A stretch of DNA of 64,000 bases. Origin: Candidatus Woesearchaeota archaeon. Its GTDB lineage: Archaea > Nanobdellota > Nanobdellia > Woesearchaeales > JAGLXL01. The position numbers and the translations under genes are program-made. The stretch spans positions 68,029-132,028 of the forward strand of contig DAOWKC010000002.1 of NCBI GenBank assembly GCA_030640025.1. The letters run 5' to 3'. How positions within the stretch are numbered: position 1 is the stretch's first letter; every line of letters starts with the position of its first letter. The notes under the pieces are model-generated. The model saw nothing but the letters and a program-made list of their open reading frames with translations, was not told where the DNA came from and did not search any database. Below, one piece after another: positions 9,428-19,367 of this stretch.

Positions 9428-9811
9428 TTATAATCGAGAACTTCCGTTTAATTTTTTTTTAACAAATTCTTTTATTTTGTGATCCTCTTCAGTATGATCA
9501 CTATAAGGCAAACCCAAATGCCAATTAAAATGAGGTTCGTCGCCTACAGAAAGAAATTCATCTTTAATCCTTCCATGTACTACACACCTTAATCGGTAAA
9601 CATCATAAAATCCACAGTATCCCACTTCTATTCTTGTTGCACGACTAGTAAATCCAATAGCTGTATCAAAATGAGCACCAATAGAAGAACTATTTGGGTG
9701 GTTATCTCTCTCATAACTAGGATGAACTTTGAACCACTTTTCTACTCTATTTGATAATTCCACAGTGTCCCTTAATTGTACAGTTCCTATTGTTTGTTTC
9801 ATTTTAATCAA
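9428..9811 (-). CDS. hypothetical protein (possible Vsr/DUF559-like endonuclease fold, very uncertain)
   Basis: 127-aa ORF immediately downstream of the tRNA on the opposite strand. Only weak resemblance of YRLRCVVHG...DE to Vsr/DUF559 motifs. Confidence 0.3.
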   Translation of the reverse strand: MIKMKQTIGTVQLRDTVELSNRVEKWFKVHPSYERDNHPNSSSIGAHFDTAIGFTSRATRIEVGYCGFYDVYRLRCVVHGRIKDEFLSVGDEPHFNWHLGLPYSDHTEEDHKIKEFVKKKLNGSSRL

Positions 9812-10115
9812 AGTAATGAGATTATTTATTCTTTATAAAAGTTTTGTTATTTACTACTCTTGAGATGTAAGGATAATTGATTTCGAGCAAAACCAACGAA
9901 AAATTGTGCCAATTTCCCGATTACTAACGTAAGCTTTATAAACAACCTGCTTCTTTTTCAAAAATACTCATGGAAGTATTTAAGTTGATTAGATACTATT
10001 AAACAAGCCTGAAAAGTAGTTTCCTGTGTGTGACTGGAAATTTCTGAAAGGAACTTCATCAAAAGGCTTATTTTGACTGCAAAGTCAAGTCTAGATAATA
10101 AGCCTTCTAGAAACT

Positions 10116-11072
10116 ATGCCAACCAAGAGATCACCAAGAAAAGGAACATTGCAGTTTTGGCCTAGAAGAAAGGCTAAAAAGGAATTAGCTCGAGTTAGAT
10201 ATTGGAATAGAACAAAAGAAGCTAAGCCCTTGGGATTTATTGGCTATAAAGCAGGCATGCTTCATATTCTGGCGATTGACAACCGGCCGAAATCTTTGTC
10301 AAAAGATGAAGAGATTAGTTTGCCGGTAACTGTGATTGAATGTCCGGCCATGAAGGTGGCAGGCATTAATTTCTATCAACATGATTACAAGGGTTTGATG
10401 CTGCGTTCTACTGTTTTATCACAAGATCTTGACAAGGAATTGGCAAGAAAAATAATTCTACCAAAAAAAATCAATAAAAAAATTGAAGATGTTAAGGAAT
10501 TTGACGAAGTTAGATTATTAGTTTATACTCAACCAAAATTAATTGCAGCTTTAGGCAAGAAACCAAAAATTGGAGAGATTGCTTTAGGCGGCACAAAAGA
10601 AGAACAATTGAAATTTGCCCAGGAAAAATTAGGCAAAGAAATTATGGTGGAAGAAGTTTTCAAAGAAGGTAATTTAGTTGATATTCATGCGGTGACAACT
10701 GGAAAAGGTTTCCAGGGTCCGGTCAAGAGGCATGGGGTTGAATTAAGAAGTCATAAATCAGAAAAAGCCAGAAGAGGCAATATCAGAGGAGCTTGGACAG
10801 GAACTCCGATGTGGACTGTGCCTCATTCAGGCAAGATGGGTTATCATTTGAGAACGGAATTAAACAAATGGTTATTGAAAATCGGGAAAAAAGGAGAAGA
10901 AGTCACTCCCAAAAGCGGATTTAATCGATATGGATTAGTTAAGAATGATTATGTTTTATTGAAGGGATCTATTCCAGGACCAAGGAAAAGAGTTGTAACT
11001 TTAACCGAGGCAATCAGGCCAAATGCCAAAGTGCCAAAAGAAGCACCGCAGATTAGGTATATACTAAAATGA
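10116..11072 (+). CDS. rpl3: ribosomal protein uL3
   Basis: Archaeal L3 signature (FQGPVKRHG, W..TP). First gene of the conserved cluster. Confidence 0.9.
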   Translation: MPTKRSPRKGTLQFWPRRKAKKELARVRYWNRTKEAKPLGFIGYKAGMLHILAIDNRPKSLSKDEEISLPVTVIECPAMKVAGINFYQHDYKGLMLRSTVLSQDLDKELARKIILPKKINKKIEDVKEFDEVRLLVYTQPKLIAALGKKPKIGEIALGGTKEEQLKFAQEKLGKEIMVEEVFKEGNLVDIHAVTTGKGFQGPVKRHGVELRSHKSEKARRGNIRGAWTGTPMWTVPHSGKMGYHLRTELNKWLLKIGKKGEEVTPKSGFNRYGLVKNDYVLLKGSIPGPRKRVVTLTEAIRPNAKVPKEAPQIRYILK

Positions 11073-11875
11073 AGCTAGCAATTTTTGATTTGGAAAAGAA
11101 GAAGAAAAGTGAAAAGGAACTGCCTAATCAGTTTAACGAGGAAATCAGACCTGATTTAATCAAAAGAGCGGTTTTAGCTCTGCAAAGTTCTTCAAGACAG
11201 AGGTATGGTGTTGATCCAAGAGCTGGGAAAAAGGTTTCAGCTGATTTGAGCAAGAGGAGGAGAAAATACAGGGGCATGTATGGCCATGGTATTTCAAGAA
11301 TACCAAGAAAGATTCTGTCAAGACGCGGAACACAATTTAATTGGGAGGGTGCTTTTGCTCCGGGAACACGGGGCGGCAGACAAGCTCACCCGCCAAAGGC
11401 TGAAAAGAACTGGGAAAAGAAAATCAACAAAAAAGAAAGGAGAAAAGCAATTAGAAGTGCAATGGCAGCTACTTTAGTTAATGATTTAGTTAAGGAAAGA
11501 GGACATTTGATTCCTGAGGATTATCCATTTGTGATTGATAATAAAATTGAAAGTTTAGATAAAACAAAAGTTGTCAAGGATTTGTTAAAGAAATTAGGTT
11601 TTGATAATGAACTGGAGAGAGGCAGCAAGAAAAAAGTCAGAGCTGGCAAAGGCAAGATGAGAGGGAGAAAATACAAGAAAAAGACCAGTTTGTTGATTGT
11701 AGTAGGAAATGATTGTAAATTATTGAAAACAGGAAAAAATATTCCTGGGATTGATATTGTTAAAGTCAAGGAACTTAATGCTGAAATGTTGGCTCCGGGA
11801 GCAGCAATTGGCAGAGCCACTTTATGGAGCGAAAATTCAATTGAAAAACTCAACAAGGAGAAGTTATTTGCTTAA
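11069..11875 (+). CDS. rpl4: ribosomal protein uL4
   Basis: L4/L1e family. Start overlaps the L3 stop by 4 nt; position in cluster. Confidence 0.85.
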   Translation: MKLAIFDLEKKKKSEKELPNQFNEEIRPDLIKRAVLALQSSSRQRYGVDPRAGKKVSADLSKRRRKYRGMYGHGISRIPRKILSRRGTQFNWEGAFAPGTRGGRQAHPPKAEKNWEKKINKKERRKAIRSAMAATLVNDLVKERGHLIPEDYPFVIDNKIESLDKTKVVKDLLKKLGFDNELERGSKKKVRAGKGKMRGRKYKKKTSLLIVVGNDCKLLKTGKNIPGIDIVKVKELNAEMLAPGAAIGRATLWSENSIEKLNKEKLFA

Positions 11876-11876
11876 A

Positions 11877-12134
11877 ATGGATCCACACAAAATTGTCAAA
11901 TTTCCATTGTCAACAGAAAAAAGTATCAGACTGATGGAAAGGGAAAACAAATTGATCTTTGTGGTAGATATGAAAGCAAAAAAAAGTGAAATCAAGAAAG
12001 CAATTGAGGATTTGTTTAAAGTAAAGGTAACTAAAGTTAATACTTTGCTGGCTGGCAATGAAAAAAGAGCTTATGTTAAATTAAGCATGGAGAATCCAGC
12101 TATTGATATTGCAACTGAATTAGGTCTGATGTGA
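11877..12134 (+). CDS. rpl23: ribosomal protein uL23
   Basis: [31 protein letters not shown]... L23 family. Start at the internal Met right after the L4 stop. Confidence 0.85.
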   Translation: MDPHKIVKFPLSTEKSIRLMERENKLIFVVDMKAKKSEIKKAIEDLFKVKVTKVNTLLAGNEKRAYVKLSMENPAIDIATELGLM

Positions 12135-12160
12135 TGAAAATGAAACATTTTCAGCATGCC

Positions 12161-12181
12161 AAAAATCCGGAGGATTTTTTA
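12161..12181 (+). terminator. hairpin + T-tract in L23-L2 spacer
   Basis: AAAAATCC-GGA-GGATTTTT 8-bp stem followed by T. Preceded by palindrome GAAAATG-AAA-CATTTTC (12135-12152). Confidence 0.3.
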
Positions 12182-12188
12182 GCATAAG

Positions 12189-12896
12189 ATGGGAAAAAGA
12201 TTACTTCAACAAAGACGGGGAAGAGGAACAAGTAATTTCAGGTCTCCTGGTTTTAAGTACAAAGGGAGAGCCAAACATAGACAATTGAGCAAAGAAGTGA
12301 GAGGAAAGATTGTTGATTTAATTGACTGCCCAGGACACAGCGCGCCTCTAGCTAAAATTACTTATGAAGATGGCCAAGCTTGCTTGACAATTGCACCAGA
12401 AGGAATTGCAGTAGGTGATACTGTAACAGTGGGTGGCGAAGCCAAGCCAGGTAATTTGTTTACTCTGAAAGATATTCCTGAAGGAGCTTTGGTTTTTAAT
12501 ATTGAATTGCAGCCAGGTGACGGCGGCAAGTTTGTCAGAAGCAGCGGAACTTTTGCCAAGGTTGTGGCCAAAACACCAAGTGGAGTAACAGTAAAACTGC
12601 CTTCAAAAAAAGAAAAAACTTTTTTCCCAGAATGCCGGGCTTGTATTGGAGTAGTAGCGGGTGGCGGAAGACCTGAAAAGTTCTTCTTAAAAGCAGGAAC
12701 AAAATATTATCACATGAAAGCTAAGAATAAGATTTATCCTCATGTTCAGGGTATTAGTATGAATGCAGTGGCTCACCCATTCGGCAGTAAGAGCTCACAT
12801 ATCAAAGGTCGACCAACTCAGAGTTCACGGCATGACCCACCTGGAAGAAAGGTTGGTAAGATTGCTCCTAGAAGAACTGGTCGGAGGAAGAGATAA
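12189..12896 (+). CDS. rpl2: ribosomal protein uL2
   Basis: L2 signature (GGGRPEKFFLKAGTKYYHMKAKNK, H-G-G-R...). Confidence 0.9.
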   Translation: MGKRLLQQRRGRGTSNFRSPGFKYKGRAKHRQLSKEVRGKIVDLIDCPGHSAPLAKITYEDGQACLTIAPEGIAVGDTVTVGGEAKPGNLFTLKDIPEGALVFNIELQPGDGGKFVRSSGTFAKVVAKTPSGVTVKLPSKKEKTFFPECRACIGVVAGGGRPEKFFLKAGTKYYHMKAKNKIYPHVQGISMNAVAHPFGSKSSHIKGRPTQSSRHDPPGRKVGKIAPRRTGRRKR

Positions 12897-13279
12897 TGGC
12901 AAAAAAAGAACTCAAATGGCGAGGTAAAAACTTAGAAGAAGCAAAAAAAATGGATTTAAAAGATTTTACACTTTTACTTCCAGCTAGAAAAAAGAGAGCT
13001 TTGAAAAGAGGATTTACTGAAAAGGAAAAGAAATTATTGAAGAAGATTGAAAGAGGGGACAAGACAATCAAAACTCACTGTCGAAGCATGATCATCATTC
13101 CTCAAATGTTAGGCAAAGTATTTTTAGTTTATACTGGCAAGGAATTTGCCCAAGTCAGAGTAGAATTAGAAATGTTAGGACATAGATTAGGAGAATTTGC
13201 CTTAACTAGGAAAAGCGTAGCACACAATGCTCCGGGTGTAGGAGCAACAAGAAGCAGTGCTGCTGTCTCAGTCAAATAA
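12896..13279 (+). CDS. rps19: ribosomal protein uS19
   Basis: S19 signature (THCRSMIIIPQMLGKVFLVYTGKEF). Confidence 0.9.
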   Translation: MAKKELKWRGKNLEEAKKMDLKDFTLLLPARKKRALKRGFTEKEKKLLKKIERGDKTIKTHCRSMIIIPQMLGKVFLVYTGKEFAQVRVELEMLGHRLGEFALTRKSVAHNAPGVGATRSSAAVSVK

Positions 13280-13282
13280 ATA

Positions 13283-14035
13283 ATGAAAAATAAATACTCA
13301 ACACAAGTGGAAGGAGAAACAGCCAAGGTTTTGGGTAAAGACCTGACTATTTCCAAAAAACATAGTGTTGAGATTTGCCGTTTTATTAGAAAGAAAAAGT
13401 TGAGTAAGGCTAAGGAATTATTGAACAAAGTATTGAAAAAAGAAATTGCAGTGCCTTATCGAAAACATACTTGGAATTTAGCCCATAAAAAAAGCACTCA
13501 AGGGCCAGGCAGATATCCAATAAAAGCAGTAAAGGCAATATTGGGATTACTTGAATCTGTAGAAGCCAATGCCCAGTTCAAAGGCATGAATACTGGCAAT
13601 TTAGTTATTGAACATATTAATGCCCATCAAGCGTCAAGACCATGGCATTTTGGCCGTCAGAGAAGAAGAAAAATGAAGAGGGCCCATGTGGAGATTATTG
13701 TCAAGGAAGGAGTAAAGACACGTGGAGGCAAAGCTACTGAGCGAGACAAGCTCGCTGGTACCACTGAACGTGGCTCTGGTGCCCCTAAAGGGGAAAAGGC
13801 TGAAGAAAAGCTAAAGAAAGAGGAACCAAAGGTTTCAGAGGCACGAGAAGGCAAGCCTTCGGTGAACAAGGAAACTTCAAAGAAGTTTCCGGTTTCCCAA
13901 AAATCGCAAAGCGATTTTTCAGGATCTCAGAAAACTAAAGTTTCTGAGACTCCTAAAAAAGAAGTTAAGGAAGATATCGGAACTAACGTTCCGGAACCTC
14001 CTAAAGAAGGAGTTAAGAAGGTTGATAAAAAATGA
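13283..14035 (+). CDS. rpl22: ribosomal protein uL22 with ~95-aa K/E/P-rich C-terminal extension
   Basis: L22 core is followed by a low-complexity tail containing the shared SGAPKGEKA and VPEPPKEGVK modules. Confidence 0.85.
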   Translation: MKNKYSTQVEGETAKVLGKDLTISKKHSVEICRFIRKKKLSKAKELLNKVLKKEIAVPYRKHTWNLAHKKSTQGPGRYPIKAVKAILGLLESVEANAQFKGMNTGNLVIEHINAHQASRPWHFGRQRRRKMKRAHVEIIVKEGVKTRGGKATERDKLAGTTERGSGAPKGEKAEEKLKKEEPKVSEAREGKPSVNKETSKKFPVSQKSQSDFSGSQKTKVSETPKKEVKEDIGTNVPEPPKEGVKKVDKK

Positions 14036-14943
14036 TGGAAAGAAATTTCGTGGCTGAAAAATTAAAGGAATTCCAGATAGAAGAATTTGTTTCAAAGAAA
14101 CTGAACAGAGTCGGACATTCACATACAGTGATGAAGAAGACTCCTTTGGGTGAAAAAATTATAATTCATGCCAGCCGGCCTGGTTTAGTTGTTGGCAGAC
14201 AAGGCGGCAATATCAAAGAGTTGACCAAACAATTGAAAAAAGAGTTTAATTTAGAAAATCCTCAAATTGAAATCCAAGAAGTTGAAAATATTTTCTTGGA
14301 TCCTGAAATTGTAGCTGAAAGAATTGCCAATTCCCTAGAAAGATTTGGCACAACCCGTTTCAAGGGTGTGGGCCACAAAATGATGGAGAAGGTTTTAGAA
14401 GCAGGGGCTTTAGGTATAGAAATTATCATGTCAGGAAAGATTCCTGGGGCACGAGCAAGATCATGGAGATTTTATCAAGGTTATTTGAAAAAGTGCGGCG
14501 ACATGGCAATGATGGGAGTCAAAAAATCCTGCAAAACTGCTTTGTTGAAAACTGGTATTATTGGAATCAGAGTCAGGATTATGCCACCTGAGTTAAAAGA
14601 GCAAGAAGAAATTAGATTAAAGAAAGAAGAAGAGATCATTGAAGAAATCAAAGAAGTACAGAGAGGCGAAGCCTCTGGTACCCCTAAAGGGGAGCCGAAA
14701 AAGGCCAAGAAGAAGAGAACTAAAAAAAAGAAAGAGACTAAGAAAGTAGACAAGAAAGAAGTTAATGTAGAAAAAGTTGTTGAAGAGGAGAAAGAAGAAG
14801 CGGCTGAAGAAAAACAAGAAGATATCAAAACTGAGGTACTTGAAAATGAAACATTTTCGGTACCTCCTAAGGAGGTTCCGGAACCTTCTGATGAAGGAGT
14901 AAAAGAAGTGCCAAAGGCTGAAGAAACTAAGGAAAAACAATGA
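14032..14943 (+). CDS. rps3: ribosomal protein uS3 (KH domain) with ~90-aa K/E-rich C-terminal extension
   Basis: KH domain and S3 C-domain. Tail contains the shared QRGEASGTPKGE and VPEPSDEGVK modules. Confidence 0.9.
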   Translation: MMERNFVAEKLKEFQIEEFVSKKLNRVGHSHTVMKKTPLGEKIIIHASRPGLVVGRQGGNIKELTKQLKKEFNLENPQIEIQEVENIFLDPEIVAERIANSLERFGTTRFKGVGHKMMEKVLEAGALGIEIIMSGKIPGARARSWRFYQGYLKKCGDMAMMGVKKSCKTALLKTGIIGIRVRIMPPELKEQEEIRLKKEEEIIEEIKEVQRGEASGTPKGEPKKAKKKRTKKKKETKKVDKKEVNVEKVVEEEKEEAAEEKQEDIKTEVLENETFSVPPKEVPEPSDEGVKEVPKAEETKEKQ

Positions 14944-15161
14944 AAAGAAAAGAAATCAAGTCGGTGCCAAAAGGCGAATTAGAAAACAAATTAATAGAGT
15001 TAAAAAGGGAATTAATGAAACAAAATGCTCAAATCAGGATCGGCACCACGCCAACCAATCCAGGAAAAGTCAAACAAATGAAAAAATTAATTGCTAAAAT
15101 TCATACTCAACTCAAAAAAACAGAAGCTAAACCAGCTTCGAGTAAGAATGTGGAGGTATAA
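14940..15161 (+). CDS. rpl29: ribosomal protein uL29
   Basis: Short coiled-coil protein (LENKLIELKRELMKQNAQ) at the L29 position. Confidence 0.8.
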   Translation: MKRKEIKSVPKGELENKLIELKRELMKQNAQIRIGTTPTNPGKVKQMKKLIAKIHTQLKKTEAKPASSKNVEV

Positions 15162-15469
15162 TGTCAGAAGTTTGCCAAGATTGCGGTTTACCAAAAGATC
15201 TATGTGTTTGTGAAACCATTGCCAAAGAACAGCAAAAAATCGAAGTGACTACCGAGAAAAGAAAATTCGGAAAGATCTACACCATCATTAAGGTGCAGGA
15301 TACAGGTAGCCTTGATATGGGGGATTTAACCAAAAAACTAAAGGCGAAGTTTGCGTGCGGCGGAACATACAAAGAAGGACAAATTGAACTTCAAGGAAAT
15401 CATAAAAACAATGCCAAGCGAGCGTTGCTGGGAATGGGCTTTTCAGAAGAAACCATAGAAATTCAATGA
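15161..15469 (+). CDS. translation initiation factor SUI1 (aSUI1/eIF1 family)
   Basis: SUI1 fold motifs (KRKFGKIYTIIKVQD...FACGGTYKEGQIELQGNH). Conserved position after L29 in archaea. Confidence 0.8.
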   Translation: MSEVCQDCGLPKDLCVCETIAKEQQKIEVTTEKRKFGKIYTIIKVQDTGSLDMGDLTKKLKAKFACGGTYKEGQIELQGNHKNNAKRALLGMGFSEETIEIQ

Positions 15470-15492
15470 ATTTCAGGGTTCCAAAATCCTCA

Positions 15493-15515
15493 AAAATCAC
15501 AAAAGTGATTTTTGG
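15493..15515 (+). terminator. hairpin + T-tract between SUI1 and Rpp29 genes
   Basis: AAAATCAC-AAAA-GTGATTTT perfect 8-bp stem followed by TTT. Confidence 0.3.
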
Positions 15516-15592
15516 GACACTAGAAATTTGTCAAACAAATTTTTAAGTGTTTCAAAGAAATTTTGAGAACCATAGAAATCAAGTAAAACCAA

Positions 15593-15832
15593 ATGAAAAC
15601 CAACACCTACCCTGAAGAAATAATTGGTAAAACCATTGAAGTGGTGGAATCAAAAAATTCCAGTGATGTTGGAATCAGGGGTAAAATCATTGATGAAACC
15701 AAAAAAACAATTTTGGTGAAAACCAAAAAAGGCGAAAAACGGTTGTTGAAGAGCAACATTACATTCACAATCAATCATCAAAACATCAAAGGTAAAAATT
15801 TACTCAAAAGGTCTGAAGAAAGAATAAAATGA
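15593..15832 (+). CDS. rnp1: RNase P protein subunit Rpp29 (Rnp1/Pop4)
   Basis: EEIIGKTIEVVESKNSSDVGIRGKIIDETKKTILVKT matches the Rpp29 Sm-like core. Conserved position before S17. Confidence 0.75.
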   Translation: MKTNTYPEEIIGKTIEVVESKNSSDVGIRGKIIDETKKTILVKTKKGEKRLLKSNITFTINHQNIKGKNLLKRSEERIK

Positions 15833-16164
15833 AAGAAAAGAAAGTTGGATTGGGTTTAGAAAGCCCAAAGGAAAAGTGCACGGACAAAAAATGTCCATTC
15901 CATGGAGAAATCAATATCAAACCAGAGACTTTTGTAGGCAAAGTCATTAAGATGGATGTCAGCAGAACAGCAACGATTGAATGGATCAGGAATGTTGAAG
16001 TGAGAAAGTATGAAAGAAAGGCAAAGAAAGTGAGTAAATTAAGAGTGCACAATCCACCCTGCTTGAAAGTTAAAGTAGGTGATGAAGTAATGGTAGCCAA
16101 GACCAGACCAATGAGCAAAACTAAAAATTTTGTTATAGTCAAAATCATAAAAAAGGCTGAATAA
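15829..16164 (+). CDS. rps17: ribosomal protein uS17
   Basis: CTDKKCPFHGEINIK... archaeal S17 N-terminus. Confidence 0.85.
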   Translation: MKEKKVGLGLESPKEKCTDKKCPFHGEINIKPETFVGKVIKMDVSRTATIEWIRNVEVRKYERKAKKVSKLRVHNPPCLKVKVGDEVMVAKTRPMSKTKNFVIVKIIKKAE

Positions 16165-16166
16165 AA

Positions 16167-16568
16167 ATGAAAGCAATTAAAGCAAAAGTAACCAGGGGAT
16201 TGCCTGTGAATTCAAGGGTAGCAACTTGTGATAACTCTGGGGCTAAAATATTGAAGATTTTTTCAGTCAAAAGACACAAAACAGTCAAAGGCAGACTGCA
16301 AGCAGCTGGAGTAGGTGATTTAGTCATGGCTTCAGTTAAGAAGGGGAAGCCAGAAATGAAAAAACAGGTTGTTTTGGCAGTAATTGTCAGGCAGAAAAAA
16401 GAATATTTGAGACCAAACGGCATGAGGATTAAATTTGAAGATAATGCGGCAGTAGTTGTTAAGGATGACGCGGGCAATCCAAAAGGAACTTTGCTGAAAG
16501 GTCCGATTGCCAAAGAAGCCTGCGAAAGATGGCCAGGGATTGCGAAATTGGCCAGTATTGTGGTGTAA
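16167..16568 (+). CDS. rpl14: ribosomal protein uL14
   Basis: L14 signature (CDNSGAKILKIFSVK...). Confidence 0.9.
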   Translation: MKAIKAKVTRGLPVNSRVATCDNSGAKILKIFSVKRHKTVKGRLQAAGVGDLVMASVKKGKPEMKKQVVLAVIVRQKKEYLRPNGMRIKFEDNAAVVVKDDAGNPKGTLLKGPIAKEACERWPGIAKLASIVV

Positions 16569-16570
16569 AG

Positions 16571-16954
16571 ATGAGAAAGTTTTCAAAAGCATGGAAAGGA
16601 AGCAAGAAACCAAGGAAGCAGCACAAATACAGAGCGAAAGCTCCTTTGCATTTGAGGAAGAATTTGGTTTCAATTCATTTGAGCAAAGATTTAATCAAAA
16701 AATACGGCAAAAGAAATGTCCCGGTCAGAAAAGGGGATAAGGTTAAGATTTTGAGAGGGCAATTCAGAAAAAAAGAAGGCAAGATTGAAAGAATTGACAG
16801 GAAATCGTACAAGGTTTATATTACTGGAATTGAACTGGTCAAGAAGGAAGGGAGCAAGGTCTTGAAGTCACTTGACCCTTCAAATTTAACCATTGTGGAT
16901 TTAGACCTAGAAGACAGAAAAAGAAAAGCTAAATTGGAGACAAAGAAAAAATGA
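16571..16954 (+). CDS. rpl24: ribosomal protein uL24 (KOW)
   Basis: KOW motif (VRKGDKVKILRGQFRKKEGKI). Start at the internal Met after the L14 stop. Confidence 0.85.
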   Translation: MRKFSKAWKGSKKPRKQHKYRAKAPLHLRKNLVSIHLSKDLIKKYGKRNVPVRKGDKVKILRGQFRKKEGKIERIDRKSYKVYITGIELVKKEGSKVLKSLDPSNLTIVDLDLEDRKRKAKLETKKK

Positions 16955-17628
16955 AAGGTTATCTAAAAAGAAACTACACACCGGCAACATGGCTGATACG
17001 CAGAAAGGAGAAGAAATTCATAATCAAACCAAATCCAGGAGCTCATGCTATGGAATTTGGCCTGCCACTTAATATTGTGTTAAAGGATTTAGGTTACGGT
17101 AAAACAAGCAGAGATGTGAGGAATATTTTGCATAAGAAAGATGTTTTAGTTGACGGCAAGAAAAGAAAAGATCCAAAATATATTATCGGGATAATGGATG
17201 TTTTGAGTTTTCCTGAAGTTAAGAAAAATTATAGAATAATTTTAGATAAAAAGGGAAGATTAATTGTCAAAGAGATTAGTGAAGAAGAAAGCAAGGTTAA
17301 AATCAGTAAAGTAGTGGGCAAGACAGTTTTAGGCAAAGGAAAAATACAATTGAATTTGCATGACGGCAAGAATATTTTGACTGAGACTAAAGCCAAAGTA
17401 GGAGATTCCTTGCTATTGGAACTGCCAAGCTTAAAGATCAAGGAAGTTTTGGAATTGAAAAAGGGAGCCCAGATTTATTTATTGAAAGGAAATCGCGCAG
17501 GCAGCCAAGGTGTGCTACAGGAAATTGAAGGAAAGAAGATTATCTTTGAAAAAGACAAAGAAAAAATTGAAACTTCGAAAGCTTATGCTTTAGTAATTGG
17601 CGGCAAGATCAAGATTGAAAATGACTGA
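16951..17628 (+). CDS. rps4e: ribosomal protein eS4
   Basis: S4e family (KGYLKRNYTPATWLIRRKEKKFIIKPNPGAHA). Confidence 0.9.
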   Translation: MKGYLKRNYTPATWLIRRKEKKFIIKPNPGAHAMEFGLPLNIVLKDLGYGKTSRDVRNILHKKDVLVDGKKRKDPKYIIGIMDVLSFPEVKKNYRIILDKKGRLIVKEISEEESKVKISKVVGKTVLGKGKIQLNLHDGKNILTETKAKVGDSLLLELPSLKIKEVLELKKGAQIYLLKGNRAGSQGVLQEIEGKKIIFEKDKEKIETSKAYALVIGGKIKIEND

Positions 17629-18154
17629 AAACTCAATGAGAAAAATTCGGATCGAGAAAGTGACCCTGAATGTTGGGGTTGGCAAAGATGAAGATAAATT
17701 GAAGAAGGGGAAAAAATTATTGAAAATGATCACTGGAGTTGAAGCAGTCAATACAACTACTCAAAAAAGAATTCCTGGATGGGGATTGAGACCGGGATTG
17801 TCAATTGGCTGTAAAATAACCTTGAGGCACAAAAAAGCAATTGAAATTTTGAAAAATTTACTGGAAGCCAAAGACAATATGTTAAGTTTAAATAATTTTG
17901 ATGACCAGGGCAATCTAGCTTTTGGTATTGCAGAATATATTGATATTCCAGGCCTTAAATACGACCCAGAAATCAAGATTATGGGTTTGGAAGTGGCAGT
18001 AACTTTGGAAAGACCGGGATTTAGAATCAAAAGAAGAAGAATCCAAAAGAAAAAGATTCCCAAAACCCATGTTATGGCAAAAGAAGAAAGTGTTGAATTT
18101 ATGAAAAAAGAATTTAATCTGAAAATTGAGGAGGAAGAAGATGACAACGAGTGA
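17621..18154 (+). CDS. rpl5: ribosomal protein uL5
   Basis: L5 family ([12 protein letters not shown]...). Confidence 0.85.
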   Translation: MTENSMRKIRIEKVTLNVGVGKDEDKLKKGKKLLKMITGVEAVNTTTQKRIPGWGLRPGLSIGCKITLRHKKAIEILKNLLEAKDNMLSLNNFDDQGNLAFGIAEYIDIPGLKYDPEIKIMGLEVAVTLERPGFRIKRRRIQKKKIPKTHVMAKEESVEFMKKEFNLKIEEEEDDNE

Positions 18155-18371
18155 TTATAAAAAAGCATTTACGCAATTGAAAGCCAAACCAGTGAAGTTA
18201 GCTAAATTTTTGAAGCATAATAAGCCAAAAGAAAGAAGTTGCGGAAAATCCTTGAGAAAATGCAAGCGATGCGGCAGACACGGCGGCCATATCAGAAAAT
18301 ATGGAGTGGGCTTGTGCAGACAATGCTTTAGAGAAATTGGTTTAGATTTGGGGTTTAAAAAATTCAGCTGA
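18126..18371 (+). CDS. rps14: ribosomal protein uS14 (zinc-binding type)
   Basis: [32 protein letters not shown] zinc-ribbon S14 signature. The true start may be the Met at 18141. Confidence 0.85.
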   Translation: MRRKKMTTSDYKKAFTQLKAKPVKLAKFLKHNKPKERSCGKSLRKCKRCGRHGGHIRKYGVGLCRQCFREIGLDLGFKKFS

Positions 18372-18430
18372 GGTTAAAAAAATATGAAAATCAAAAATTT
18401 TCAATTGTTAAAAACTAGGAGGTTTTCAAC

Positions 18431-18823
18431 ATGACTTTAAATGATCCATTAGCAAACATATTATCAAAAATCGTGAACGCAGAAAAAATCGGAAGAAAGG
18501 TCTGTTTAGCCAAACCAGCCTCAAAAGAAATCCAAAAGATTTTGACGATTTTAAATGCTCATGGTTATCTAGGCAAATTCAAAGTAATTGAAGACGGCAA
18601 AGGCGGTGTTTTAGAGATTAATTTACTGGGCAATGTCAATAAATGCGGCGTCATCAAGCCTCGCTTTAGTACAAAGTATGTTGATTTAGAAAAATGGGAA
18701 AAAAGATATTTGCCAGCCAAGGATTTTGGTATTATTATTATTTCAACTCCTAAGGGTTATTTAACCCATTTTGAAGCAAGAGAAAAGAAAACTGGAGGAA
18801 AATTAATCGCTTACTGTTATTAA
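18431..18823 (+). CDS. rps8: ribosomal protein uS8
   Basis: S8 family (DPLANILSKIVNAEKIGRK...). Confidence 0.9.
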   Translation: MTLNDPLANILSKIVNAEKIGRKVCLAKPASKEIQKILTILNAHGYLGKFKVIEDGKGGVLEINLLGNVNKCGVIKPRFSTKYVDLEKWEKRYLPAKDFGIIIISTPKGYLTHFEAREKKTGGKLIAYCY

Positions 18824-18824
18824 C

Positions 18825-19367
18825 ATGAAATCAGACATTAAAGAAGGGCTGGCTTGGCCAGAAGGTGTGGAAGTTAAGTATGAAAAAGGTATTTTAATAG
18901 TTAAAGGACCAAAAGGAGAAGTAAAGAGGAGGCTGTTAGATCCTCGAATTAAAATTGAAGTTAAGGATAAGGTCTTGCTTGAGAGTCTGAAGGCAACCAA
19001 AAGGGAAAAAAGAATGTTGTATACTTTTCATTCACATATCAGAAATATGTTCAAGGGAGTAACAGAAGGCCATGTTTATGAATTAAAGATTTGCTCAGGC
19101 CACTTTCCAATGAATGTTTCAGTAGCTGGCAATGAATTTTTGATTAAGAATTTTTTAGGGGAGAACAGCCCAAGGAAAATAACAATCAAAGAAAGCGTCA
19201 AAGTGGCGGTGGAAGGAGACAAGGTCAAGGTAGAAGGAATTGATAAGGAATTAACTGCCCAGACAGCTGCCAGCATTGAACTGTTGACAGTGGTGAGGGG
19301 CCGAGACAGAAGAATTTTTCAAGACGGAATTTATATTACCAATAAGGACGGCAAGGAATTAAAATGA
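18825..19367 (+). CDS. rpl6: ribosomal protein uL6
   Basis: L6 two-domain pattern at the conserved position. Confidence 0.85.
   Translation: MKSDIKEGLAWPEGVEVKYEKGILIVKGPKGEVKRRLLDPRIKIEVKDKVLLESLKATKREKRMLYTFHSHIRNMFKGVTEGHVYELKICSGHFPMNVSVAGNEFLIKNFLGENSPRKITIKESVKVAVEGDKVKVEGIDKELTAQTAASIELLTVVRGRDRRIFQDGIYITNKDGKELK

Noticed and set aside
14481-14940. Two minus-strand ORFs (115 and 107 aa) rich in Phe/Ser/Leu
   Set aside because: Antisense shadows of the S3 lysine/glutamate tail. No independent support.
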